From the NCBI GenBank assembly GCA_964016885.1, contig OZ024742.1:66402001-66466000 (forward strand): DNA of 64,000 nt, written 5' to 3'. A model generated the notes under the pieces. That model did no database searches, was not told where the DNA came from, and worked only from the letters and a program-made list of their open reading frames with translations. Below, one piece after another: positions 1-12,924 of the stretch (positions within the stretch are counted from its first letter, which is position 1; each line of letters begins with the position of its first letter). The DNA comes from Eledone cirrhosa. Its lineage: Eukaryota. The position numbers and the translations under genes were made by a program.

Positions 1-505
1 ATTATTTGCTAAACCTTGTTTATATATGTTCTGGCTCGTTAATTTATTAACCTGCCATTGAACCACATTGGCATTTGGTTGGACAATACATGCGTCCCTT
101 AGCGCCTTGTGCGTGAAGGAACACATATCCTATTATTACTACTCTCCTCTATTGTTGAGAGACAAATTGGGTCGTTCCGACTGCTGCTAGTGATAGTTGC
201 GGCCGGTTTGACCTACCTCCCTCTGCCTCTATCTTTACTTCGGCCCTTGAAAAAATTGATTCCACTTCATTCACTCTCATCTCAGGAACAGTTTTGGATA
301 GCGCTAGTTCGTAATTTAAATTCAAGAATTTTATATTCTTCGAATGAAAAGAACCTTCTGACGAGAATCTTTCTTTGCAACGAAGGCCGTATGGTCTCCG
401 TTTATTTTTGGGATTCGAAACCGATCGGTAAAGGTAACTATAGTAGGTAAAGTCAATTTTTTAAAATTTATTTTGAAACTTTTTCATTATTTGCTAAACC
501 TTGTT

Positions 506-511
<6 letters not shown>
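1..511 (+). mobile_element. Non-coding HHR-bearing repeat unit (Penelope pseudo-LTR / retrozyme-like), about 485-bp period
   Basis: ATTATTTGCTAAACCTTGTTTATATA recurs at 1 and 486; contains the HHR; runs into a (TA)n tract. Confidence 0.6.
353..435 (+). ncRNA. Type I hammerhead ribozyme, intact core, predicted cleavage after GUA (430)
   Basis: ACCTT-CTGACGA-GAATC..GATTC-GAAA-CCGATCGG-TA-AAGGT: helix I ACCTT/AAGGT, helix II GAATC/GATTC with long loop, palindromic helix III. Confidence 0.88.
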
Positions 512-565
<54 letters not shown>

Positions 566-732
566 TCTACACACATACACACACGCACACACACATATAT
601 ATATATATATATACGCACACACATACACACATACACATACACACATACATACATACACACATACATACATACACACATATACACATATATATATATATAA
701 AAGAAATACATAAAAATTTATTTTCATTTCTA

Positions 733-784
<52 letters not shown>

Positions 785-895
785 TACATTCATATATGCA
801 AAGATATATACATATACATATACATATATATATAGATATACACATACATATACACATATATATACACATACATATATACATACATACATACACAA
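505..895. repeat. Compound (TA)n/(CA)n/(CATA)n microsatellite
   Basis: Direct reading. Confidence 0.95.
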
Positions 896-1589
896 AATAA
901 AAATAAAGGGAAGGAAGGGGTATTCAAATAGTAGTGAATAAGACGAATAAAAAATAAAGGTATAAATATTTATAGCTGATTAAGAGCACTCAACAGTCCT
1001 GGAGCAAATAATCAATAAAAGCAAGCATTAAAATACTCTGTATGTAATTATGCATATACATACAAAACCATACATACACACACACACACAATCAACTACA
1101 TAAAATATATATACATAATCAAATATATATATATATGTATATATATACACACACATAAGTACAAAGGGTTACAACACCACAAAGGTAAAAATACACACAC
1201 ATACATATAAACACACACACACATATATATACACATATACATATATATAAAAAATGTATACTTACATATACACACATATATATATATACATACACTTATA
1301 TACACATATACACGACAACATACATACACGTAAAATTAATATCTAAAAATCCAAAGGGGGTTGGTATGTAAAGGGTAAGGTAGAGAGTAGGTGGGCATAA
1401 GAAAATAAATAACATAAGAAAAATTTAAACAATAAGAGGAGATAAGGGAGAAAGAGAAAATAAGATAATGTTACAGAAAGTGAGTTCAGAGAGTAATAAA
1501 AGTCGTAGTAGATGTAAGGCGTAAAGAGCAAAGAAGTTCAAGGTGGTTAAGTCATCGTAGCAAAGAAGAAGTTCAAGGTGGTTGAGTCA

Positions 1590-2300
1590 TCGTAGGAATG
1601 TCAATCCAGTTACACAGCAGATGTGATTTCAGGTGAGGACAACATCTGAAGACCTCGGTCTTGAAGTTAAGGCAAGTTGAAGTGACTTTCAAATTCTTTA
1701 GAATTCTAAATTTTTCAGTGGTACACAAAAACAATTCTTTGTGCCCCTTTAGTATTCCCTCGGATGGTCTAAAATAGACCAATCGATAGAGTTTGGGATG
1801 TTATTACCTTTGAATTCCCACACCTTATTAGCGAGGGCCGTTGCTGTTCTTTTATCAGAGTGTTTAAAAGAAGCGACATGTGCATAAAACCTGGTTTTGA
1901 ACCTATCTTGAGTCATACCAACATATCGTTCACTCCTGGCTGGCTGGTTGTTAAGCAAATGTGTTATTTTGGCCTCATATACAACGGATTTGGTGTTACA
2001 TTTGCCCTGTAATGGGCATTCATCCGGCTTTCTGCAACTGCATCCTGGATTTATTCTCGTACGATTATAGTTGGTGATTTTAGACTTCATATATGGGCAG
2101 CAAGAGTAACTCATTTTAACTACATTTCTATTAAATATCTTATAATATCTATGATTAGGGGGAAAATGCTTATCTAGGAGGTCAAGGAATTTCCTTCCTA
2201 CATTAGTTTTAACAGTTAGAGAGAAGCGGTGTGTAAACCAAATAATTTTCATTTTCCTATTACTGTGATTAGTTTTAGGGGGATGGGTAGGTAAACATGT
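1590..2300 (-). mobile_element. Penelope-like element 3' fragment (linker plus GIY-YIG endonuclease), pseudogenised
   Basis: IIWF..FS..VKTNVGRKFL.LLDKHFP, C.C...CPLQGKC, VVYEAKI, YVGMT..RFKTRFYAH, then CTTEKFRI..LN...E...C.H in another frame. Confidence 0.9.
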
Positions 2301-3749
2301 AATCTGTTCTGCGCACAATGAATCAGTGGCTCACAATGTGTTTGCTGTACCTGTCTTAACACTATAGTTTGGAATACTTGATTGGACGATAGACGAAGTC
2401 CGAAAAATTGATGTTAAAATCCGGAAAATCCTAAACAACACCGGTAACTTCCACATGAGCAGTGACATAGACCAGCTCTACTCGAAAGGTAAGGAGGGCG
2501 AAAGAGGTTTAACATCAGTCCAGACACCATTTGACTGTCGGTATATATCCCTCGGACAACATGTACGAACCTCCAAGCGTAGGAGCCCATGTATTGAGAC
2601 AGATAAGGTCATGAGAGTTGGGAAGAAATTCTCTGAAAGATAATCAAAAATTCGCATCCAGGGAAATTGCTCAGCAAGAGCGCAGTGAGTCTATCGCTGA
2701 AAAACTGCATTCTTATCAGCAAAGAATCATGCATGGATATGTGGCCAGGAAGCTCTTGAGTGAGTATATATATATATATAAGCAAGTAGTCTATCTTGGA
2801 TCAACAACCGCTATATTGGCTCTCACTTTGAAGGATATGCTTTTGCAATCCAAGAACAGGAAATCAACACAAACTACACTACCTGATTCCAAAAGCGAGA
2901 TAGGGATGTAGGCAAAACACTTACATGTGACAACTAAAGCAAATTCTGCGGATTTAGATTCGAAGATATCACCCATGTCATAACCAGTCCACCACAGATG
3001 TCATCACGGTACTATTTACCTATGAGGTATGATGTAGTGGCCAAAACACAATACAATGTAATCCGTAGGAAAGATAGACCCGAAAGTAAACATATTAAAA
3101 GTTACAGCAATCGTGAAAGACATACACATATACACTATGAAAGATTACTGGTAAGATGTTCAAGTCAAAAGCCCAATAAAATGCAAGCATAACAGACCAG
3201 ATATAATGATACGGGACAGGGTAACGAAGGCATGTAGAGTGGTGCACGTTAGCTGACCAGCAGATGCCAATATAATATTAAAGATTAGCGAAAAGGAGAA
3301 TTTTTATGCAGAACTAATGAACAATCTGCAGAGACTTTACCTTAACTATGTCTTCAGATTCATACATGTGATTATTGGGCCATTGGGATGTTTTAGTAAA
3401 TGTCTTAGTAAAAATTCAGAGAACCATAAGGTACACGACTAGTTAGGAAATTACAAGTACAATCCATCAATGGAAGAGTAAAAATATGTAAATCATTCCC
3501 AAAAGTCTTTATGTAATAACTGCATATACAAAGGTAGAGATACAAAACATACGCACATGTACATATACAACTCAAAACATCCCCATCCACTCATACGATA
3601 TAATCCATATCTGCACACACACGCATGCATGCAGACATGCATACACATCTACCTTGTTGATGTCGTGTGCATTCCAATGACAGAGGCTTGTATCTATGTT
3701 AGAAACTGACGGTCTTTCTATTGGCAAACATATATAAAATTATAAAACC

Positions 3750-3755
<6 letters not shown>
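2300..3755 (+). mobile_element. 5'-truncated, degenerate RLE-type LINE (R4/Dong-like): C-terminal ORF plus 3' UTR
   Basis: Fragments FGILDWT..E...ID.KIRKIL, SSDIDQLY, MSSRYYLPMRYDVVAK, KHNRPDI (PD-D/E nuclease-like), IGPLG; many stops. Confidence 0.72.
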
Positions 3756-3796
<41 letters not shown>

Positions 3797-3895
3797 GTTA
3801 CACAAGATTCAATGAGTATATCAAAGAATGAGTTTTACAGTATTACCTTGATTAAATCTTAACCATTTAACGTCTCAGGGTATGTCATGTATCAT

Positions 3896-3954
3896 TATAT
3901 TTTGTCTGATGAGGACGTACTGTTGAACATCCGAAATAAGTATAATAAAATGTA
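3896..3954 (+). ncRNA. Minimal type I hammerhead ribozyme (Penelope terminal type)
   Basis: TATATTTTGT-CTGATGA-GGA..TCC-GAAA-TAAGTA-TA-ATAAAATGTA; helix I pairs with G-U wobbles. Confidence 0.78.
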
Positions 3955-4016
3955 ATTGATCAAAAGAACATCCATTTTATTAATATTTGTATTTTAATAT
4001 AGAAATAGATATATAT

Positions 4017-4207
4017 ATAGGAACAAGTAAGACCCCGACGGCTGAGCTCAAGCCGTTTCGACGGCTAATTCTGGAATTAGCCGTCGAAACGGCTTGAGCT
4101 CAGCCGTCGGGGTCTTACTTGTTCCTATTACCCACTCTACTACTCTAAGTATTGAGTACTTTGGTGCGTTATGGTCCACCTGGTTCCTTACCACATTTCC
4201 TTCGTTA
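4017..4207 (+). mobile_element. Short fold-back element: perfect 55-bp-arm palindrome (4017-4128) plus unique tail
   Basis: Arms 4017-4071 and 4074-4128 are exact reverse complements; relatives at 6862-6980 and 63500-63700. Confidence 0.8.
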
Positions 4208-4231
4208 TATATATATATATATATATATATA

Positions 4232-6763
4232 TAGATAGATAGATAATTAATATATCTACTAACATAAGCGCACAGATGTACGCTAATGCCAGCAAATACA
4301 CAGGTTTTGTCATAGTACCTAGGTGGTTCAATGCAGGAGGATGCAGAACAATAATATAAAAGACGTAAAATAAGAAAATTAAAAAAAATTTTTTTTAAAA
4401 TTAACTTACTTAAATTTTCACTCCAACTAATTAGTTTCTGCAATGGGGTAAAGACAGTTACGTAATGAACTGTTGAGAATTTCATTGCGTCATCAGGGAG
4501 GTCTATTCTCAGCCAAGTCTCCAGGCAATGCGCGGACACTGGGGACTGATATAAAAATAATAATAATTCGGTAAATGGAACAGCTATCGGGGTCTGGATT
4601 TCCAAGCACTGAAGATTCTCGCTGCCACTGGTCAAATGGCCGATTCTAAAGAATCAATCACGTGACACTGAGGCTAGTCGGTAGGAGTGGGATGGTAAGA
4701 TGACAGACGCCTACTAACACACATAAACATTTTTTAGTAGTGGTTTTGGCAGGTTTGCTCGACAAATCAGTGATTTGGAGTTAAATATAGATAATTAATA
4801 TATCTACTAACATAAGCGCACAGATGTACGCTAATGCCAGCAAATACACAGGTTTTGTCATAGTACCTAGGTGGTTCAATGGAATCCAGTCCCCGATAGC
4901 TGTTCCATTTACCGAATTATTATTATTTTTATATGAGTCCCCAGTGTCCGCGCATTACCTGGAGACTTGGCTGAGAATAGACCTCCCTGATGACGCAATG
5001 AAATTCTCAACAGTTCATTACGTAACTGTCTTTATCCCATTGCAGAAACTAATTAGTTGGAGTGAAAATTTAAGTAAGTTAATTAAAAAATTTTTTTATT
5101 TTAATTTTCTTATTTTACGTCTTTTATATTATTGTTCTGCATCCTCCTGCATTGAACCACCTAGGTACTATGACAAAACCTGTGTATTTGCTGGCATTAG
5201 TGTACATCTGTGCGCTTATGTTAGTAGATATATTAATTATCTATATTTAACTCCAAATCACTGATTTGTCGAGCAAACCTGCCAAAACCACTACTAAAAA
5301 TTTTTTAGGTGTGTTAGTAGGCGTCTGTCATCTTACCATCCCACTCCTACCGACTAGCTTCAGTGTCACGTGATTGATTCTTTAGAATCGGCCATTTGAC
5401 CAGTGGCAGCGAGAATCTTCAGTGCTTGGAATCCATTCCCCGATAGCTGTTCCATTTACCGAATTATTATTATTTTTATATGAGTCCCCAGTGTCCGCGC
5501 ATTGCCTGGAGACTTGGCTGAGAATAGACCTCCCTGATGACGCAATGAAATTCTCAACAGTTCATTACGTAACTGTCTTTATCCCATTGCAGAAACTAAT
5601 TAGTTGGAGTGAAAATTTAAGTAAGTTAATTTTTTTTTATTTTTTTTAAATTTTCTTATTTTACGTCTTTTATATTATTGTTCTGCATCTTCCTGCATTG
5701 AACCACCTAGGTACTATGACAAAACCTGTGTATTTGCTGGCATTAGCGTACATCTGTGCGCTTATGTTAGTAGATATATTAATTATCTATATTTAAGTCC
5801 AAATCACTGATTTGTCGAGCAAACCTGCCAAAACCACTACTAAAAATTTTCTAGGTGTGTTAGTAGGCGTCTGTCATCTTACCATCCCACTCCTACCGAC
5901 TAGCCTCAGTGTCACGTGATTGATTCTTTAGAATCGACCATTTGACCAGTGGCAGCGAGAATATTCAGTGCTTGGAATCCAGTCCCCGATAGCTGTTCCA
6001 TTTACCGAATTATTATTATTTTTATATGAGTCCCCAGTGTCCGCGCATTGCCTGGAGACTTGGCTGAGAATAGACCTCCCTGATGACGCAATGAAATTCT
6101 CAACAGTTCATTACGTAACTCTCTTTATCCCATTGCAGAAACTAATTAGTTGGAGTGAAAATTTAAGTAAGTTAATTTTTTTTAATTTTTTTTTAAATTT
6201 TCTTATTTTACGTCTTTTATATTATTGTTCTGCATCCTCCTGCATTGAACCACCTAGGTACTATGACAAAACCTGTGTATTTGCTGGCATTAGCGTACAT
6301 CTGTGCGCTTATGTTAGTAAATATATTAATTATCTATATTTAACTCCAAAGCACTGATTTGTCGAGCAAACCTGCCAAAACCACTACTAAAAATTTTTTA
6401 GGTGTGTTAGTAGGCGTCTGTCATCTTACCATCCCACTCCTACCGACTAGCCTCAGTGTCACGTGATTGATTCTTTAGAATCGGCCATTTGACCAGTGGC
6501 AGCGAGAATCTTCAGTGCTTGGAATCCAGTCCCCGATAGCTGTTCCATTTACCGAATTATTATTATTTTTATATGAGTCCCCAGTGTCCGCGCATTGCCT
6601 GGAGACTTGGCTGAGAATAGACCTCCCTGATGACGCAATGAAATTCTCAACAGTTCATTACGTAACTGTCTTTATCCCATTGCAGAAACTAATTAGTTGC
6701 AGTGAAAATTTAAGTAAGTGAGTTAATTTTTTAAATTTTTTTCTAAAATTTTCTTACTTTACG

Positions 6764-6770
<7 letters not shown>
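4232..6770. repeat. 546-547-bp tandem repeat array: about 1.2 inverted units (4232-4880) joined to about 3.5 direct units (4881-6770)
   Basis: Unit start GGAATCCA at 4881, 5428, 5974, 6521; copies differ at few positions; flanked on both sides by (TA)n. Confidence 0.95.
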
Positions 6771-6860
<90 letters not shown>

Positions 6861-6861
6861 T

Positions 6862-6980
6862 ATAACGACAGAAGTGTGGTAACGAACCAGATGGACCATA
6901 ACGCACCAGAAGTATGTCCAGAAATAGCCGTCGAAACGGCTCCATCTCTGCCGTCGGGGTCTTGAACTTTTTCCTATTGT
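6862..6980. mobile_element. Rearranged copy of the 4017/63500 fold-back family
   Basis: Shares AGCCGTCGAAACGGC..GCCGTCGGGGTC and an inverted GTGCGTTATGGTCCATCTGGTTC tail. Confidence 0.75.
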
Positions 6981-7048
6981 GTATATATATAATTCGTTTC
7001 TGAATTTGTTTAGCAAGATTCTTTATCTGAAAACGTGTGTTGAAACCG

Positions 7049-7993
7049 ATATTGTTATGATTTGGGAGGGTCATGTTGCCAATAAGAAACACACGCACCA
7101 GTTGTTTCACTCCAATTTATTATAAATTAAATTTATAAATTTAAGAATTTATAAATTTCCGGTTGGTTGGTTCCACAACCGGACGGTTGTTCATATATTG
7201 TCAAAGTTCTTTCGTCACACATTATGTGACCTCTTCAGTGACTGGGGATTCTTTTCTTTGTTTTTGTGCCTCTCCTTTCTTCTGTCCTACTCCATCTTGT
7301 TTTGTGTGTGTTGTGTGCTTACTTTGCGCATGTTAGATCCGGGTGTTTGTGAGTGTTTATATTTGTTTATTTATTTGTTTATTTACATGTTACTGATTGG
7401 TTGTTTGTTCTATGTGTGTGCGTTTTTTCATGTTGTCCTTAATTGTAAGTTGTGATGTTGCTATTCCATTCATGTTTTCTATTTAATTTTGGTTGGAGTT
7501 CATTTTTGTTTATTGCCTCTGTGATTTGTCTAAACATTGCGTCTTTTCTGTGTGTAGTTTCTATTTTTATTTCTATGTTCTCTAATTTACTCTCATGTTT
7601 TATTTTAGCATGTTGGTGGAGTACAGATGATTCTTTCTATCTTGAAGCTCTCGCCAGTGTTCATTTATCCTTTCTCCTAAACTACGAGCTGTCTCACCTA
7701 TGTACACTATATTCTTATCTCTACATTGTCCTTCAGTACATCTTATGCTATATACTACATTTCTAGTTTTACAGTTAATATGGGGGCTTAGTTTACATAT
7801 TATACATTTCTTATCTATACAGGGAGGTCTTTGAAAAGTGTATGTATTGCTAATAAGTGTTTTTTTATGGAGGTACCTGGTCTTTCTACTATCTTAATAT
7901 TGAGTTTATGTTTAACTAGAGCCCTTCTAAATTTGTAAGCTAATTCACCTTTACGGGTTGTATTGATGAACATTACACTCTGGTATTTATTGC
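7049..7993 (-). mobile_element. Inverted pseudo-LTR of the adjacent Penelope-like element
   Basis: Reverse complement of about 10398-11348 (GIY-YIG region plus 3' UTR). Confidence 0.92.
7200..7242 (-). ncRNA. Minimal type I hammerhead ribozyme in the Penelope pseudo-LTR
   Basis: GTCA-CTGAAGA-g-GTCACA..TGTGAC-GAAA-GAAC-TT-TGAC. Confidence 0.78.
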
Positions 7994-8016
7994 AACGTAA
8001 TTTACAAATTACGTTG

Positions 8017-11000
8017 GAGCCTCAAAAACAAAAGTAACATCATACAACACACATGCCAACAACAACAGACACACAGACACAAACAACGATAACAACAACA
8101 CACACATCAACAACAATAACATACTCAGAAACAACAACAACAGACACACAGAAACAAAGAAGAATAACAACACACACAACAATAATAACATACACGGAGA
8201 CAACGACAACAACACACATCAACAACAGCACACATTAACAACAACAACAACAACACACACACATTCTACGCCTCTCACGACTACCACAATCTTAACAAAC
8301 ATACAAACACAGAAAAGAGGTAATGACAGTAACACAGAAGTAAGGGAAGGTAATGGGATTGAAAGGAGAAGGGGGACTATCGATACTGACAGATAAAATA
8401 ACCAGGACGAACACACATACACACAAAATAGAGTAGATAATAACAATGAGCCAGAGGAAAGAGACAGGAGTAATAATGAGAGACATAGAAACAACCATGA
8501 GGCTGTTGGTTCGAAATAGAAATAGAAACAACACAACTAACAATAACAATAGCAATAGTACACATAAAGCAGCAGCCTGAACTCTACTTTTTATAATCCT
8601 TCCGATATGTCCTTCGACGTACGACAAATCCACGACACGACTTTAGTTTTTAACAAATGCACGCAATTGCCGTCGCAGGTCGATGAACAAACAGAAGCAC
8701 AATTTAGTATAGCTAGATCTAAACTTAAAAGTATTATAGAACAGTATAGCAAGAAGCAAAGTAGAATGGAGGCCCAGCAACTGGGAGAAAAATCTGCAAA
8801 TAGCTTGCGTAAGCTTATGCAGCGCTCGCGAAATGGAGAGATTGCATGCTTTCCAACAGACAAGTCTGGCAAAATGTCGGTTAACAGTCTGTCAAACTAC
8901 ATCCAAGCAATGCAACACAAGAGAAGTAACACCACAAGAGCATGAGGATAGGGAGAAAACCCTCAATAACCATATGATGATGTGTACAAACATAATGCAG
9001 CCCAATAAAAGGACTGTCAACAAATTCCTGGCCTGGAACAATGACGTTCCAGCGTTGTATGGGCTTCGAAAAGACCATAAAACGAGCAGTGACCCTGTCA
9101 CAGGACCACCAACACGGCCAGTCTGTAGAGGTAACATTGCCAGTAACTACAGACTTTCCTACTTCCTCTCTCTGATCATACGCCCATCATTGAAATGTCC
9201 TCAGAAATATGTGACAGCAGGCAGGACCTCCTCAGCAGAATCAGCGAAAGTAACTAATCTAGGGACCTAACGAACTGTATAATAGGTAGTATGGATGTTG
9301 TGTCCCTATATTCATACATTGACGTGGATTTTGCTGTGGAGAAATGCGTAGAAATGATCAGTGAAAGCAATGTTGAATTCCGTGTGATTGATACCAGTGA
9401 GCTGGGACTCCTACTTAAACTTGCCTATAGTAATGATTATCTAGATACATATGACCTTAGCAACCTGTGCCCTATAAGTCCAGCGAGAGGCAGACCACCT
9501 ACCATTACCTCAATGGCCAAGAAAACCCACATAGATAGATGGAACGGGTGGACCAGAGCCATACGGACCCCCGAAAACCACGATGAACTGAAGAAAATGA
9601 TTGCACAAGAGGTGGGGGCCAGTATAAAATTAACCCTTAAGGAACATATGTTCAAATTTAATGGAAAAACATATGCCCAAGAGGAGGGAGCAGCCATTGG
9701 TGTTTAGCATTGCAGCTGACATAGCTAACCTATTCATGGTATGGTGGGACAATAGATTTAACTTAAACTTAAAGAACAATTAGAAGACAGCAACCTCTTA
9801 ACCCTGATAATGTACTCCCGCTACGTTGATGATATAAACATCGTAGTAAAAACACCCCCACTAGAGAACAGTCAGGAATTAGAGAAATACACCATGGAAA
9901 GCATCCAGCAAATAGATAACTCCATCCACCAGAGTATTAGAGTTACTATAGTATACCCAAGCAAACACCCCAACCATCGATTACCTGTACTAGACACAGA
10001 GCTCTGGTTAGAAACCATTAATAACAAAAAACAAATCCTCCATTCCCATTATGCCAAACCCATGACTTCCAAATATCTGATCCACCGAAACTCAGCTGTT
10101 TCGGATCACACCAAAATCAACATACTGATTGCGGATTTAGTACGGGTGATGAGAAACGTGTCCCGCATGTGCAACCCAAAGAACTAGAGAGACACATACA
10201 ACACTTCATCCACCGTATGCAGTTCTCTGGTTAGAATCAGAGAGATAAAATCAGAGTATATAGAGGAGCCAGAACCAAATGGGAAAAAATGGTAAATAAT
10301 GATACAAACGGGACCTGCCCCATGTATACGAGCAAATTTTGGAATATAATAGAAAGAACTAGGAATAAGGTTAATAGAATAAACTGATGGTATGATAGCA
10401 ATAAATACCAGAGTATAATATTCATCAATACAACCCGTAAAGGTGAATTAGCTTACAAATTTAGAAGGGCCCTAGATAAAGATAAATTCAATATTAAGAT
10501 AGTAGAAAGACCAGGTACCCCCATAAAAACACTTATTAGCAATACATACCCTCTTCAAAGACCACCCTTTATAGATAAGAAATGTATAATCTGTAAACTA
10601 AGCCCCCATATTAACTGTAAAACTAGAAATGTAGTATATAGCATAAGATGTACTGAAGGACAATGTAGAGATAAGAATATAGTGTACATAAGTGAGACAG
10701 CTCGTAGTATAGGAGAAAGGATAAATGAACACTGGCGTGAACTTCAAATTGGAGAATAATCATCTGTCCTCCACCAACATGCTAAAATAAAACATAAGGG
10801 TAAATTAGAGAACATATAAATAAAAATAGAATCTACACACAGAAAAGACGCAATGTTTAGACAAATCACAGAGGCAATAAACATAAATGAACTCCAATCA
10901 AAATTAAATAGAAAACATGAATGGAATAGCAACATCACAACTTACAATTAAGGACATAATGAAAACACACACACACATAGAACAAACAACCAACCAGCAA

Positions 11001-11341
11001 CTGTAAATAAACAAATAAATAAACAAATATAAACACACACAGACACGCAGATGTAACACATGCGCAAACTAAGCAGAGAACACACACTAAAACAAGATGG
11101 CGTAGGGCAGAACAAGGGAGAGGCAGAAAAAAAAAAGAAAAAAATCCCCAGTCACTGAAGAGGTCACAGAATGTGTGACAAAAGAACTTTGACAACATAT
11201 GAACAACCGTCCGGTTGTGGAACCAACCAACCAGCCGGAAATCTATAAATTCTTAAATTTATAAATTTAATTTATAATAAATTGGAGTGAAAGCAACTGG
11301 TGCGTGTGTTTCTTATTGGCAACATGATCCTCCCAAAGCAT

Positions 11342-11348
<7 letters not shown>
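8017..11348 (+). mobile_element. Penelope-like retroelement, near full length, RT plus GIY-YIG, disrupted by stops and frameshifts
   Basis: PTDKSG, LYGLRKDHK, PPTRPV, MDVVSLY, QEEGAAIG, YSRYVDDI, LPVLD; GIY-YIG NVVY..YI.ETARSIGERINEH near 10625-10735. Confidence 0.93.
11151..11193 (+). ncRNA. Hammerhead motif of the Penelope 3' UTR, core mutated (GAAA to AAAA)
   Basis: GTCA-CTGAAGA-GGTCACA..TGTGAC-AAAA-GAACTT-TGAC; paralogue of 7200-7242. Confidence 0.7.
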
Positions 11349-11414
<66 letters not shown>

Positions 11415-11699
11415 ATATTGATATATATACACATACACACACACACACACTCACACAAACACACACGCACACGCACTCACACGCACTCACACACACACGG
11501 ACACACACACACACACATATATATATATGGCTTACATTTCTGTCACAATCGTATTCCATTTACGGAACCTGTCAGATAACAGGAAATTATTACACAAGTT
11601 ATTTATATTTTTTCTATTTCTATGATAAAATGGATTCTTCTAATCTCTTTCTCACACAACCTACAATAGTTTCATATTCTGTTATTTTCAATTACCCTT

Positions 11700-12300
11700 A
11701 TTTATTACCTACTTTTATTCCTAAATATGTTTGTGTCATCTTACCTTCAATATGATAGTATCTTTCTATTTCTAAGTTTCTGTTCTACTGGAGACAAACA
11801 GTAATGTCAGGTGACAACAGAATCTGTTTGATATGAATTATGTCTATATTGAATAGATAAGTGCTAGAAGCTTCTTTGACACTCGCAGACTTTAGCCCCG
11901 CAATGTCCCCGATATTTATGATGTCACGTGACACATTCCAATATAATTTGTCGTAACATGTTTCTTTATTAATGTTAATAGTTTGCAGTAATATTCTCCT
12001 AGACATTACAATCGATATTCTTGATGTACTTTTAAAACGAAAGCAAATGGAAGACTGTAAAAAAAACATAACCAATGGAGGAATTCTGGAGCCTATGACT
12101 TGTGAGTTGATGTTTGTTTAGATGCCCAAGTCGTTGAGGAGTGGAGTAGGGACAAATGTGTCGGCAGTAGGCCCCGTAAAATTGAGAAGGCGAGGTCATT
12201 GAAGTTGAGAATGCAAAGGCCTCGAGAGTAAATAGCATGGCTGTTATCAAAATGTAGGACTGTGTTCGTTAGCGACTCTACGCCGTTCAGTTATTTTAAT
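11700..12300 (-). pseudogene. Possible degenerate N-terminal region of a Penelope-like ORF
   Basis: FFLQSSICFRFK..SRRILLQTIN loosely resembles PLE N-terminal regions; no catalytic motif seen. Confidence 0.3.
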
Positions 12301-12850
12301 TTTATTGTGTTGAGCACTAATGGCTAATGGCAAATGTTGCTTACTAGTGATGGCATCTTCTTTTATGATGGGACACAATGCTCAATTCCTGTAGAGAGTT
12401 GCTGGTTGAAATGTATGCTAGTGGCAAGGATTTATCAGAAGGGTCTCGGTAGAATTTGTGTTGGTACCGAATTTGATATCAGTGTGCTGGGAAAATGAAG
12501 TAAATTCCTTCTGTCCGACGTTCCAAAACCCCCGCAGATATATTCATACATACACAAGATAGCTCAGTCACAAACTCACACTCACACGCGCTAAGTCACA
12601 GACTTATATTATGGACCCAAACATATGAATTGAGAGTACAAATTTAATTAATTTAAGCGAGATATTTAATCACTGAGAGGGCAGAGCAATTCAAGGTGTC
12701 ATCTGCCATGAATCAGAATGAGAGCCGAAGGAACGCTGCAAAGCCTGAATCTTAAACTTTAACACATCTACTACATTCATTCCTCAAACATTTCTAACCA
12801 CATCAATTGGAATATATATATATACACACACACATACATAAACACACACA

Positions 12851-12924
<74 letters not shown>

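Noticed and set aside
473-941. ORFs rich in YI/HT/CV repeats here and throughout the window
   Set aside because: Translations of (TA)n and (CA)n microsatellites, not genes.
4048-6721. Recurrent ORF PIAVPFTELLLFLYESP in the 547-bp units
   Set aside because: Starts and stops differ between copies, homopolymer indels shift the frame, and no domain is recognisable.
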